From Andalucia godoyi And28 (lineage: Eukaryota > Protista > Jakobida), in assembly GCA_009859145.1 (NCBI GenBank), contig VRVR01000020.1, forward strand, positions 179,403 to 243,402: a stretch of 64,000 nucleotides of DNA, given 5' to 3'. Within the stretch, counting starts at the first letter, position 1, and each line of letters starts with the position of its first letter. A program made the position numbers and the translations under genes. Positions 1 through 11,382 of this stretch are shown piece by piece. A model generated the notes under the pieces. That model was given only the letters and a program-made list of their open reading frames with translations, had not been told where the DNA came from and did not search any database.

Positions 1-8
1 TGTGTGAT

Positions 9-551
9 ATGTCACTTTTCTTCTTTGGAAATTTTCGTGTCTCCTGTGCAGAGCCTGCGGAGATCAAAGTGGAGAAGAAAAAGCCCAAGTACCTGAAGGG
101 GTACACTGCAGAGGAAATTGCAAAGCACAACAAGGACACAGATTGCTGGATCATTGTTGATGGAAAGGTTTATGATGTTACAAGCTTTATTCCTGAGCAT
201 CCCGGCGGAAGAGCCATCCTGCGCAATGCGGGAGGCGATGTTTCAAAGGGTTTTCACGGTCCGCAGCATCCTTCCCGAGTGTATGAGCAACTGCCCGATT
301 TTCTTATTGGTCGGTTGATCCAGGAATACACGATGCAGGAGATCTCAAAGCACACGTCGGAGACGGATGCGTGGATTGCGATCAATGGCAAGGTCTACGA
401 AGTCTCTTCGTGGATCGACAACCACCCTGGAGGTCGCGTGATCTTGGACCACGCAGGAACCGATGCAAGCAAGGCATTCTTTGGTTCCCAGCATCCCGCG
501 TCTGTTCACAGCCTCATCGACAAGTATTTCATCGGAACGGTCAAGGCATGA
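9..551 (+). CDS. Tandem (two-domain) cytochrome b5 heme-binding protein; 5' end probably incomplete
   Basis: Two consecutive cyt-b5 units: YTAEEIAKHN..DCWIIVDGKVYDVTSFIPEHPGG..GQH and YTMQEISKH..DAWIAINGKVYEVSSWIDNHPGG..GSQH. The pyrimidine-rich tract ending TGTGCAG near nt 50 looks like an intron acceptor, so the gene may extend beyond the window. Confidence 0.8.
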   Translation: MSLFFFGNFRVSCAEPAEIKVEKKKPKYLKGYTAEEIAKHNKDTDCWIIVDGKVYDVTSFIPEHPGGRAILRNAGGDVSKGFHGPQHPSRVYEQLPDFLIGRLIQEYTMQEISKHTSETDAWIAINGKVYEVSSWIDNHPGGRVILDHAGTDASKAFFGSQHPASVHSLIDKYFIGTVKA

Positions 552-758
552 TTCGCTGTTGCATTGTTCTCATCATTATAAAAGTTAATTAACAAACAAC
601 AACAACAAATAATAATAGATAAATAAAAAAAATAAATAGCGGTCGCATTTGCAATACAGATTACCTTTATATCAAAACGAACGAGGGACTCACCGTCGAA
701 AGAACGGGTAGCGAGCCTTGGTCGAAAGGAGCCGATAAGGGTGCATATTTTGCCTGAA

Positions 759-3700
759 TCACTGCCGCTGTGCAGCGGATGCCCGAAGGGGAGGCAGTGC
801 GGTACTGCCCGAACTGGAACCCGAACCCGATCCTTGCTCCTCAACAAACCGAACATTGGACCTTCGGGCACGGCTCTCGGCCGAGGAGGCAACAGCAAAC
901 GACGGAGTTTCCGACAATACTGGATGCGAGTAGTCGGTGGAAGGGCTAGAGTTCATGTCCAGAGGAGAGAGGCTCGAAGATTGCACAGATGGCGCCTGTT
1001 GCTGAGACGCACGCATGCGAGCAACGTCCTTCAAAATCTGCTCAGCACGCTCCCGCGCCACGTCATGCGAGACATTCGTGTAGTCCTTGTCGGCTATGAT
1101 TCCCACGCGCTTGCGTGCTCGGACAAGCTCCATCAGTCCTGGCATGGCGTTCATTCCGTACTGCACAAGCATGTTTTGCATGCTTGAAGACGAAAGGCCC
1201 ATAAAAAGATTGGCGGTAGAGGATCCTCCTGGGTGCGACCCCAGAGAGGACGCAAATGTGGATGAGGAATACAGTGGCACAGCAGTGGACAGTCCAACAT
1301 TGAATCCAGCATCGGTCGGCATGTTGCCAGCATCGCCCATGCTGCTGCTGTCGTCATCATCATTGACGGGGTCATCATACTCGAAGCACAGCACTCGGAT
1401 AGGCTCCCCAGACATGGATCCAAAGCTCGAGATGGCAACTACGTGATGCGTCGGAGACCACGCAACCGCGCACAAAGGGGCGCTATAGCCGACATCTATA
1501 CCTTTTGAACCCACTTCATTCAGGATGTCTCCAGAGTTGGTGTCCCACAGGTACAATCGACCTGTTTCAGAGCCGCAAATAACATACGACCCATCTGGCG
1601 AGAACTCACCGCGAACTGGGTAGTTTTCCGTCACAACGCCCATGTATCGATGGGAAATCACCGTGGACGCCAAGTCAACTGCAAACGATCGCAAGATGTT
1701 ATCTCGAGAGCTTACCAGAAGCCGCTTTCCGTTCGAAGACATGCGGATTGACGTGATGGAGCGACCAATCATTTCTTTCTCCGCAATCGTTCGCAAGCAC
1801 ACAATTCCTTCTTCAAGATCAATGGCTGGAATGGCTCTTCCAGAAGCAGCAGCAGCTTTTGCGGATGACCGCACTCGAGCAGACCAAATCTTGATCACGC
1901 CATCTCCGTCTGCAGTGTACATGCGTGTCCCTTGGGCATCAAACACCAGAGAATTCACAAAAGAGTGATGACCGGAAATGACGCGCATCAGCGTACCCGT
2001 GTCTCTGTTAAAGACCCGTATTTGATGGTCGTATCCGCCAGTGAACAGCAGCCTCGGATTTTCGCAAGTAGGATGCATCCTCGCGCAGTAGGCAAAGCAG
2101 GGATGTGCAAATCGCATGAGCGGCTCGGCAAATGACGCAAGACCGTCGGAAGAGACGCTCGTGGTCTCTTGGGGGTCCGAGGATTCCGACTTCTTCTCCC
2201 CTTGCTGGACACCTGCGACATTACCGCTCTTTGAAGGACCAGTGATGGCCTGTACGTTTGCGTTGCACGACTCGCCCGCATGAGTGAACGCTGCAACGGA
2301 CCAAATCGCGACCGTTCCATCCGAAGATGCCGATATCAGCTCCGTATCAACGCAAGAAAACGCCAAATCATGAACGAGCTTTCGATGCGCATCCACACTT
2401 GCGATCAGCCTACCTTGAATAAGATCATACAGCTTGAGTGTGTGGTAGAAGCGCCCCCAGCATGCAGCTGCCAGCACTCTCCCATTATCCGATATCTTCA
2501 GCACCGACGCACCACGGTCTCCTGCATCAAATTGGAAAAGAAGAGAATCCGGAACCATGCAAAGATCCTGCGGTCGACGTCGTCGAAAGGCAGCATCCAA
2601 GTTTTGGAATCGAACACCGCTCGCACCCGTTTCAGCCTCCGCTTGCAAAGCACCGTACTGTTTTCGACTCAGAATCGTAGACTTCCGAAGTTCTTCGTAG
2701 TCCATGTTGCCGACTTCTTGTTCAAACGAGTACATGGCTCGGTTGTGGACACGAATCGGAGCAGTCACTTCGGGGATTCCCCGGACACCAACATACAGCA
2801 ACGCAGGATACTTGGTTTTTCTCTTAATGCGCACCAGTTCTGAGAGAACGGATGCATACGGGACCTGATCAGTCAGCTCATACTCTGTGCCAGTCTGCGG
2901 AATGCAAGAGCGAACAAGTCTCGAAAGTCCCGTCTTCTTCGCAAGGACATTGTATTCATAGAGTTGCAGGATGATGTGGTCGTGCTGCGTGTTCGCCCTT
3001 CCATCCGCATGCACAAGTTTGAGAAATCCCCACGCGATTCGAGACAGACCGTCGGCAGACGAAATCCTCCTTCCAAGAGGCTGATCCGATCCAAAATCCA
3101 GAATCTCAAAGAAGATGCACACATTCGGTCTCAGGCAGTACATGTAGTCCAGATTGAATATGATTTTCTCATTCCACTCACAAACTGTAGTTTTGGTCTC
3201 CTGCAGGTTGCAGGGCTTCGTCAAGACGGGAAGAACCGTCGACAAGTGAGATATTTCGTGCGAATTTCGACCCACAGAATACTCGCGTGCCGTGGAGACC
3301 GGTGCTGATGCATCCGGCTTGAGCAGCAGCTTTCCCGTCTCCAAATCAACCACGGATACACGGACCACGGGATGAAACGCAAAAGAATCCGCGCGAAGCG
3401 CGTCCGACCGCTTGACGGTGACTTGCAAAATTGTGTGATCAAACTCCTTTGCCGATACTGGTCTGCCAAACAAACTCTGGAGCTGCTCCTTCTTCGACTC
3501 TGTATCCAACATCGGCTCATTGCTTCGCGATTGCGCCGATCGGTCCTCTTGTCGTCGGTTGGCACCAGCACCACTGCCGCCGGGATTATTCTGACTGGCG
3601 CTGATTCCACTGATACCCGCACTATTCTGATCGTTATCGTTACTAATGTCGTTTTTGCGATCGGCATTCGATTGCTGGTCCGGGCGGATAACCTGTGGGG

Positions 3701-4562
3701 CGTCGCTGCCGTCCTCTTCGTCCTCATCATCCACAACAGACATATTTTGTGATACTTGCGGCTCTGGTTGCGACGACCCTGCATTTCCAGGAACAGAAGG
3801 AGCACTTGCAACGGACGAGGCCACCGAGCCTTCGTCTGCCGACTTCCGCGTCTTCTTCACCACCTTTCGGATAACCTTTTTCTTTTTCTTTGTTCCGTCC
3901 GTTGAGGCTGACACACCAGCACCATGTGCATTGTCATTTCCATCGGACGAGGTGGCCACGCCATGGCTCGTCTCCGGTGCTTGTTCGTGGTTCGTGGAGG
4001 CTACCAATTCCGGATGATGAATCACCGAGCTGTCCGCCGCGATCAACGAAGAGTTCGTTCTCGGAATGTCAACAAGCGAGTCCCGTGTATTCCCGTATCG
4101 CGAAACAGAGTCATTCTTTTCTGAATCGACAATCCGCTTCACCGCAACCCGGTCTGCCTCATAATCACGAACGACAACTGGTCCCTCTTCATCAAACTGT
4201 GGAGTGCTTACTTGTCCATGGTGTGCACCACGACTACTGCTACTGCCGCCGTCCTCATACGGCTGGACAACAGACGAAGGCGTTTCGGAAGGAACAGGAT
4301 CGCCTCCTTCCTCTCCCTCGTCCGCGTCCGCCGCAAAGTGAACAGTCGATCTCTGAACGGGAAACAACGATCCATCATTTTCCGATTCGTCGCGATGCTC
4401 CGAAAAGGCCGCAACAAGCGACCGCGTCTTCATAAGCGATGTGTTGTGTTGTCCGGCATCCCTCGAAGAAGCCGAAATCAAAGGCGACGTTCCATCCGGG
4501 AACGCCTGTGCGATCAGATCATCAACTTCCGATGTCGGAATTGTAGGAATGGAGTCAGACAT
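759..4562 (-). CDS. AHI1: Jouberin/AHI1-like ciliary transition-zone protein (C2-like domain + WD40)
   Basis: HPVVRVSVVDLETGK, CEWNEKIIFN, CIFFEILDF and IAWGFLKL motifs precede a WD40 propeller (LFTGGYDHQIRVF, YVICGSETGRLYLWD, VAWSPTHHVVAISSFG). The track start is GTG; the first in-frame ATG (MSDSIP) is at 4562. Confidence 0.8.
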   Translation of the reverse strand: MSDSIPTIPTSEVDDLIAQAFPDGTSPLISASSRDAGQHNTSLMKTRSLVAAFSEHRDESENDGSLFPVQRSTVHFAADADEGEEGGDPVPSETPSSVVQPYEDGGSSSSRGAHHGQVSTPQFDEEGPVVVRDYEADRVAVKRIVDSEKNDSVSRYGNTRDSLVDIPRTNSSLIAADSSVIHHPELVASTNHEQAPETSHGVATSSDGNDNAHGAGVSASTDGTKKKKKVIRKVVKKTRKSADEGSVASSVASAPSVPGNAGSSQPEPQVSQNMSVVDDEDEEDGSDAPQVIRPDQQSNADRKNDISNDNDQNSAGISGISASQNNPGGSGAGANRRQEDRSAQSRSNEPMLDTESKKEQLQSLFGRPVSAKEFDHTILQVTVKRSDALRADSFAFHPVVRVSVVDLETGKLLLKPDASAPVSTAREYSVGRNSHEISHLSTVLPVLTKPCNLQETKTTVCEWNEKIIFNLDYMYCLRPNVCIFFEILDFGSDQPLGRRISSADGLSRIAWGFLKLVHADGRANTQHDHIILQLYEYNVLAKKTGLSRLVRSCIPQTGTEYELTDQVPYASVLSELVRIKRKTKYPALLYVGVRGIPEVTAPIRVHNRAMYSFEQEVGNMDYEELRKSTILSRKQYGALQAEAETGASGVRFQNLDAAFRRRRPQDLCMVPDSLLFQFDAGDRGASVLKISDNGRVLAAACWGRFYHTLKLYDLIQGRLIASVDAHRKLVHDLAFSCVDTELISASSDGTVAIWSVAAFTHAGESCNANVQAITGPSKSGNVAGVQQGEKKSESSDPQETTSVSSDGLASFAEPLMRFAHPCFAYCARMHPTCENPRLLFTGGYDHQIRVFNRDTGTLMRVISGHHSFVNSLVFDAQGTRMYTADGDGVIKIWSARVRSSAKAAAASGRAIPAIDLEEGIVCLRTIAEKEMIGRSITSIRMSSNGKRLLVSSRDNILRSFAVDLASTVISHRYMGVVTENYPVRGEFSPDGSYVICGSETGRLYLWDTNSGDILNEVGSKGIDVGYSAPLCAVAWSPTHHVVAISSFGSMSGEPIRVLCFEYDDPVNDDDDSSSMGDAGNMPTDAGFNVGLSTAVPLYSSSTFASSLGSHPGGSSTANLFMGLSSSSMQNMLVQYGMNAMPGLMELVRARKRVGIIADKDYTNVSHDVARERAEQILKDVARMRASQQQAPSVQSSSLSPLDMNSSPSTDYSHPVLSETPSFAVASSAESRARRSNVRFVEEQGSGSGSSSGSTALPPLRASAAQRQ

Positions 4563-4786
4563 ATATTTTTTGATCAAGCTGTCCAGTACGTCCTTACCCA
4601 CACACGCTTCTCGCTGAATTTAATAATCCACAGCTCTTCCAAATAACAAAAATTAAAATAAAAACGGCTTGATATGGGTGCAGAAACAAGAATACACAAC
4701 CGGAATTGAACAACACTGAGTGTTCACTGCCAGATATTAATAGTTAATGAACTAGATTAACTAATATCTAAATTTTAAAATAATTT

Positions 4787-4802
4787 ATATACATATATAT
4801 AC

Positions 4803-4858
<56 letters not shown>
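4787..4858. repeat. (AT/CA)n-(GA)n microsatellite in divergent intergenic region
   Basis: Directly visible dinucleotide runs between the AHI1 and CDK5RAP3 starts. Confidence 0.95.
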
Positions 4859-4862
<4 letters not shown>

Positions 4863-5152
4863 CAAGAAAAAGCAAAGACGATAAAACCGTATAGCTGGGA
4901 GAAAACGATGAGGACACGAGAATGATCGAATCTGGGTGTGTTTTGAGAATCTCTGAGAGACAGTTTTTTTAACGATTAGGTCTGTATCAATTGACGCTCA
5001 AGAGACTAAGCCCGCTTGCTGTGCTTCTTTCAAGTCCCTTTTCAATTGCATTTTTCAGTTTTTCACAGTTTTTTTCAATGATGTTTTAATTAACGTTTTA
5101 ACTTTTGAGCTTTTGTCCTGTGTGGACCGTGGTGTAATTGCGGAGAAGGGAA

Positions 5153-6772
5153 ATGTCGAATCCACAAGGTATAGGTCAACAACAGACACAGACGCAAACA
5201 CAGACACAGACACCGACACCAGTGGAGGATCGATCTCCGCTGGATATTCCGTATACAAGGCTTCTTGACTGGATGTTGGATCGGCAAGTGGTTTCTCGAA
5301 AGTGGTTCGGTTCGTATGAATTGGTTCGTTCTCACCTCGTCTCGCTTTGCAAGTCCTTAGTTTCAAGTCATCCGCATATCGCTGAGAAGATCGCACACAT
5401 CCATTTTGTGAAGGCCGCACAGGAAGACGACGGCCGATCTCCGGATACGTTTCTCGGATACACTACGGTTCTGGAAGTCCTATCTGTTGTGGACCAGGAT
5501 GCGGAGCTTGGGAAAAAAGGATTTCTAGGCGGGTATTCGAGTAAGGTGGCGGCGGATTGGGATGCGCTTCGCAAGTCGTATGAAAGTGCTGCAGATAAGG
5601 TGTTTCTCGGAGAGGCCGCTCGGCAAATTGTGCAGCTGGTTTCGTTTGACATTCCAGCACTCAAGAAGCAGATTGCAAAACGCGAATTGCAAATCGCAGA
5701 GCTTGAAAAGTCCTCGTTGGAATCCAAGAGAAAGGAGACGGAATTGAGGCATTCATATGTCGAGAAATGCAAAAGAATGGGAATTCAGGGCTTGGATGTC
5801 GAGACCGAGATCAAGCTGCTTGCAAAGGGACTTCCCGCGCTGTTCAAGCAGTTTTTAGAAGCGTGCTCGGATCCTCGGATGGAAAGCGCCGCATTGTATT
5901 TCAGATTGTACACGAGGCATTTCTTCGAGTCTGAAGCCGCCGATCTAGGCGAATGTGCCCAGCTTGCCAAGTTGGCGCAGGAGTATCGCGATGAAAAGAG
6001 TCGTGTCGGAATCGCGCATTCAGACGGCTCCAGCAGCACGCACGAGGAAACTGAACGTGGCGTGAATCCAGAAGAAATGGTTTATGAACTTACCCCTGAA
6101 GATTTTGGGATTGAGCTGGAAATGTCTGGATTGACCCTTGAAGCATCGGGGGACGCTGGTTCCTCCGCAGCAGAGCAGCTGTGCGAAGGCAATGGTCAAC
6201 CAGCCATCGCAACCAGCACCGCAACCAAAGTTTATCAATCCCTTGTGGACGTCCTGATTGAGGACGCAGATAGGAGATACGATAGCATCTCGGATTTGCT
6301 GGAGCTCAAAGAGTTTCTTGCCATTCGCATCCAGGAAATTGCAGAAGAAGCAAAGTTGGATGCGGATACCCAAAGAATTGTTTTTGAGATGATGAAGGAT
6401 GCGCCGCAGCATGTCTGTGAAACGCCAGTGGAGCAACTCAAAGACTGGCTCAAGCTGGTAGAGAATACGATCGCACTCGTGGACTCGGACTCAATGAAAC
6501 AGTTGCTCACCATCCGGAAATCTGACTCGTATGTCAAGCGTCTCGCGGCAGAGATTACAAGTATCCTTCGCTCCGCAGAGCGACAGCAGTGGAGACAAAA
6601 AGAGATCTCACAAAAACAACACGAGTATCGTGAGGACATTCAAAAAACGTATCCCAAGATTGCAGACTGTGTTGGCCGAGCAAAAAAACTTCAAAAACTG
6701 ATGCAGACGGATCTTTCCACGCGATTCAAGGGAAGACCCGTTCACATCACCGGGGAAATTAACATTCTATGA
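5153..6772 (+). CDS. CDK5RAP3: CDK5RAP3/C53 (UFMylation adaptor)
   Basis: PLDIPYTRLLDWMLDR N-terminal motif, YESAADKVFLGEAARQIVQLVSFDIPALKKQI, and C-terminal GRPVHITGEIN. ATG at 5153. Confidence 0.88.
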   Translation: MSNPQGIGQQQTQTQTQTQTPTPVEDRSPLDIPYTRLLDWMLDRQVVSRKWFGSYELVRSHLVSLCKSLVSSHPHIAEKIAHIHFVKAAQEDDGRSPDTFLGYTTVLEVLSVVDQDAELGKKGFLGGYSSKVAADWDALRKSYESAADKVFLGEAARQIVQLVSFDIPALKKQIAKRELQIAELEKSSLESKRKETELRHSYVEKCKRMGIQGLDVETEIKLLAKGLPALFKQFLEACSDPRMESAALYFRLYTRHFFESEAADLGECAQLAKLAQEYRDEKSRVGIAHSDGSSSTHEETERGVNPEEMVYELTPEDFGIELEMSGLTLEASGDAGSSAAEQLCEGNGQPAIATSTATKVYQSLVDVLIEDADRRYDSISDLLELKEFLAIRIQEIAEEAKLDADTQRIVFEMMKDAPQHVCETPVEQLKDWLKLVENTIALVDSDSMKQLLTIRKSDSYVKRLAAEITSILRSAERQQWRQKEISQKQHEYREDIQKTYPKIADCVGRAKKLQKLMQTDLSTRFKGRPVHITGEINIL

Positions 6773-6964
6773 TTCCCTTGAAGACGCATTTTGGAGAGCT
6801 CCGTGCATTGCTTCACAGTCCCTTGTTGATCGTAGATTGTTGATACTTCGCCATTGTTCGCGGTAGTTGTATTCTTCCTGTCTCTCCTCATCTCCTAGAA
6901 TGTTAGTTTAAATACACGATTTTGGAACGTCTGATTCCATTTCAAGAATGTCATGAAGTTTTGA

Positions 6965-8389
6965 TCAGCGCCTGGATGCCAACGCCGTCTGCAGCAGTCG
7001 AGATCGCGGCCCAGCAAAGCGTGGAAGTGCCTGACTGTCATTCTGTTCTTGCGCCGCTTCGTTGCCTGGCAGTCTCGAAGCAGCAATGGCATTGTTCTGA
7101 CTGTCCGACAAGGACGAGGGAAATGACGACGATCCTAGTGCTGAGACAGACGTCGACTGCTGCTGGCTCCTTGTAGCTTGCGGATGCACCGCGGGCGAAT
7201 CGTTCTGCATCGGTCGGTTGGAAGGCACAGGAGGAACTCGCTTTGGCGGAACTGCTGCAGCCACAGTCGACGTTGACGATGAGCTGTGGTGGCCTTGCGA
7301 CTGTGGTTGTTGCGACTGTGATTGCGAGTGCGGAACTGGAGATTGAACGGAGGCGCTGTCAGTCGAGAATTTACCGTGGTGAATCTGATCCACGATTAGC
7401 TTGCGAATGTCCGTGAGCGACGAAACTGGAAAACGCAAAAAGAAAGAAAATAATAACATAAAAAAGTAAATAGAAAGAAGAGTAGAGTGAAAGAATCATG
7501 AGTGGATGACAGATTGCTGCGAACAAGGGCGCGGAGTTGATGATGACACCAGAAAGAAAAAGTACATACTTGCACGGTCAACTCGTTCCAAGAAAATCTC
7601 GGCGTGCGATTTGGATTCGAATCCATTGGAAAACGGATTGATCCCCTCCTTCGGCACTGCATGGCCATTCCAATTACTCGCAGCATTATTATTATCATTA
7701 TTGTTGTTGTTGTTGCTGCTGTGGTTGTTGCCGAAATTGTCATTCGATAGACCGCCAGCATTCGAAAAAGGATGATGGGCTGCATAATGATAATGGCCAT
7801 TCGCTTCGGCCTCATGTGCAAACCGATTGCGAGTTGGAGAGAATTCCAGCTTCTTGACAGGAAGTGGCGACGCATTCTCTCCTTCTTGCTTGGAAGCAAC
7901 GATCGCTGCTGCTCTTTGCGACGGATACACATACTGAGACTGCATCTGTGCATTCGCATTCGCGTTTTTGGACGCAGTAAATGCACCGGAATGAAAAGCA
8001 TGTTGCTGCGGCTGCAGCAGCTGATGTGCAGGGTGCGACTGCATAAGAGTCGAGGCTGGAGCATAGAATGCGTTCGTGTTCAGCGCCTGTTGCGAATGCG
8101 TACCACTTGCACCGGCATGACGATGATGCGCATATTGATGATGTTGTTGATGAACATACGACGGTCCAGTCGATCCGGAATTCGAGGTGTACATTGTGGA
8201 CGGAAGCAGTGCAGCGCTTGGATGTTGATTAGCATAAGAAACGGCAGAAGAAGCCATTGTTATGGCTGTGGCTGTGGCTGTGGCCAATGGTGACGTTGAG
8301 AGTCCATTGTACCCGCCGCCATGAACAGACGCCGATGACGACATTCTGTATATCCCAAGTCTCTCATCATATATTAACGGGGCCTGCAT
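6965..8389 (-). CDS. Unknown low-complexity (His/Ser/Asn/Gln-rich) protein, 2 exons
   Basis: ORFs 7496-8389 and 6965-7459 join in frame through intron 7569-7426 (GTATGT...TTCCAG), giving ..FLERVDRAISSLTDIRKLIVDQIHHG. No family recognised. Confidence 0.55.
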
Positions 8390-9200
8390 GTTCGCTCCTC
8401 AATTTTTTTCTTCTGTATTTCGAGGCGTTTCCTCTAACTCTGCGTCTTCCTGTTTCTCTGACAGAAATAGTGCAGGCGTCGAGAAGACGAAGGATAATGT
8501 AAACCAAAGCTTGCGGGAATTTTGAAAGGACCCCAAACGGAATTGCAACCTCTGTGGGGGGAGATACTTTTTACGGCAGGTGGGTTGTTGCGGACAATAC
8601 GAGAGCCGCTCGCCAATACATGAATCATGGTTGATCATCGGGCTAAGCTGTCCCCGAAGACAGGATCCCAAGCCACGTGTTTTTCATTTTTGTGGCGAGC
8701 ACCAACTCCTCAATGCAGATTGCTCTGCATCAAAGGGCCATCGCTTCTTCTTCTTGCTCTGCGCCTTCGACGAGAGGGATCAGCGGGTTTCTTGGTTCTC
8801 GGCATCTTCAGGCATGGCCGGTGTGAGTTTGTTGGGAAGATCCCTCTCTGGAGCCATGAGATGCCTTCTTTTTTGTCTTTGATGAAAGGTGCTGCTTGAA
8901 GGTTCGATCACGAACAACACAAACAGAAAGGACAAGGAAGTGAAAGAATGAAAGGAAATTCCAGACTGCACTACGGTAGGAACATAGCGTCCCCGCCATA
9001 GGGTTCGATAAACTGGTCTGATATTGTTGATAGGCAAAACGGTCATCCGTTTCTTCGGGCTTTGCTGACTGTTTTCGTGTTCTTTTTATTAAAAAAAATT
9101 GTTTGTTTTGTTTCCCCCCTTTTCTCTCTGTCGCGTGAAATGGAGAATTAGAAGAAGAATTAGAAGAAGGAAGGTCAGGGAAGGTGAAAGTGGAGGGAAA

Positions 9201-9998
9201 ATGACTGGGACGACAAGTGCGAATGCGTTGAAGCATCTTCCGATTCAAATATGGCCTGCATTCCGGCTTTTGGAAGACCAGCGTGACGTGACACGCGAGG
9301 GAGTTTGGACGGTGTCCTCATCGAAGAGCGGGTCAGGTATCAAGTGTTTGTTGGATGATGACACGACGACGTTTTGGCAGTCGGATGGGACGCAGCCACA
9401 CATGATTACAGTTCACTTCCCGCGGCTGACGTCTGTCGAAGATGTCTTTTTGCATCTTGATTATCGCGTCGATGAAAGCTATACTCCTTCGAAAATCGCT
9501 ATTTTGGCGGGTGTTGTTCCGGATGCGGTCCGCGAGACAAACCAGATTGAGCTGCAAGAACCGTCTGGATGGGTCAGAGTGCCGTGTGTTGCAAGAGACG
9601 ACATGCCCCTGGCCAAGAAAAGAAGGAGAAGAACAGCAAGTAGCAGACGGCAAAGACAAGGACAAGGACAAGGACAAGAGGTCGGGGAGGAGGAGAGGGA
9701 AGGGACCAGAGGAAGAGATGGTGGAGAAGAGGAAGAGGAAGGAGACGAAGGAGAGGGCGGTGCAAACTCGGACACGTATTCAATGGATGAGCTGAATGCG
9801 ATTGCAGCGGAGCGGTCTCCTGTTCTCCGCTGTTTTGAGCTTTCTATTCTGATTGTCGCGAATCATCAGGCCGGGAGAGACACACATGTTCGGGCAGTCA
9901 AGGTTGTTGGACCGAATGACGATTCTGCCAACCGATCCGAGCACCAATTCCCTGCCTTTCAGACACCGGAATTTGCCCAGTTTTCCACCATTCGATAG
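9201..9998 (+). CDS. APC10: Anaphase-promoting complex subunit 10 (DOC domain) with low-complexity insertion
   Basis: WTVSSSKSGSGIKCLLDD..TFWQSDGTQPH, DESYTPSKI, EPSGWVRV and NHQAGRDTHVR motifs. ATG at 9201. Confidence 0.92.
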   Translation: MTGTTSANALKHLPIQIWPAFRLLEDQRDVTREGVWTVSSSKSGSGIKCLLDDDTTTFWQSDGTQPHMITVHFPRLTSVEDVFLHLDYRVDESYTPSKIAILAGVVPDAVRETNQIELQEPSGWVRVPCVARDDMPLAKKRRRRTASSRRQRQGQGQGQEVGEEEREGTRGRDGGEEEEEGDEGEGGANSDTYSMDELNAIAAERSPVLRCFELSILIVANHQAGRDTHVRAVKVVGPNDDSANRSEHQFPAFQTPEFAQFSTIR

Positions 9999-10223
9999 CA
10001 TCTCCTTGTTTCGAACAATAAATGGAGGAGGGCAGGAGAGGAGAAGGGGGAGTGCGCACTTTATCAACATCAACATCAACATCAACAGTCCTTTACACCA
10101 ACAACGAAGAACGGGGATTACATCATGTACACAGACATAATCAAATAAAGAGAGGAAGCAGAGCAAGGCAATTCCAGAGAGACTCGGCACCCAGAAACGC
10201 AAAGCGGGAAACGGTAGGGTCTT

Positions 10224-10712
10224 CTACCGAAAGTGGCCTCCCCATTCGAGCATTTTTCCCTTTGCGTTCTTTTCGGCTTCGATTTCTCGTTCTCTGATTC
10301 TCTTCAACGCGGCTTCTTTTTCCGATGCCAGCCTCTTGTTTTCCTCCATGACATGTCTAAGATACTCCTTTCGCGCTCGTTCATGATCGTTCTCGACAGT
10401 CTGTGAAATGACTGCTTGCTCCTGCAATTGCGACGAATACCGCAGCTGCTCAAGCGCCTCCTGTTTGCGGAGTTCTTCTCGCAACCGCAACTGAGCCTCC
10501 ATATCAACTCGTGTCGCCTCCTGAAGATCCTTTCGGTCCTCCTCATCCCCAAAGAACGCCTTTACTCGATGCGACGCAATTTGCTCAAGCTTTGCTCGCT
10601 TCACTTCCAACGACTGCTGCTCATTCTCAAACTCTCGTTCATAATTCTCCTCGTTCTTCAGAGACGGAGCCTTCTTGCGGCGCATCAAAATACTTTGGCG
10701 AGCTGTCGACAT
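10224..10712 (-). CDS. Small charged coiled-coil protein (trichoplein/ciliary MIP-like, uncertain)
   Basis: 162-aa ATG ORF with E/R/K/Q-rich heptads; family not confidently recognised. Confidence 0.55.
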   Translation of the reverse strand: MSTARQSILMRRKKAPSLKNEENYEREFENEQQSLEVKRAKLEQIASHRVKAFFGDEEDRKDLQEATRVDMEAQLRLREELRKQEALEQLRYSSQLQEQAVISQTVENDHERARKEYLRHVMEENKRLASEKEAALKRIREREIEAEKNAKGKMLEWGGHFR

Positions 10713-11382
10713 TTGTTGTAGTACTTGTAGCTGCTGTATGACTGGATTTGTCTTTCTTTCCTCTTCTTCTCTTTTCTTTTCTTTTCTTTTCTTTTTTAAT
10801 TAAAAAAAATAACAACAACAATAACCACAAATCGAATCAACTCGGAGACTGGCTGTTTCGGTCGCAGGAAAAAGTCGTATAGAACCAACAGACAAAACAA
10901 GGATTTGTAATAGAAGAAAGAACGAGATTGAAATGGTGGTCTAGTCAACAAAAGTATCAGAGAAGTGAATTACGAGGAAAGGGGCAAATGAGCCGTTGGA
11001 TACAGTTACTGCTCTACAGCAGGACAGTTTCACTCAGTTGAATCGGGAGAGAAAAAGGAGGGGGGAAGAGCGGGATGAATCTCTCTGCACATCTCACCTG
11101 TCGTATACACTACGAGAAACAGTCTTCTGCCCGTGCGCCGTCTGGCCTTTCGGGTTCGGTGGGTTTGTGCGAGTCTGTGAGAGTCGCAGGGCAGCCAGAG
11201 GAGTGCAGGCCTGGCAAGCAAGAACACACACACACACAAAGCAACGACTGCATTGGGAAAAACAAAAACAGAAACAGAAAAAACAGACCATCGAAACAAC
11301 AGAGATAACGGTTGAGAAGCAGCAGCAATAATTTAGTAAAAATCTGTTTTACTACGGATTTGACAACGGAGAGTCGCAAAAG

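Noticed and set aside
8400-9050. GC-richer intergenic stretch with several short ORFs
   Set aside because: No coherent ORF, known ncRNA motif (snRNA, RNase P/MRP, SRP) or repeat found.
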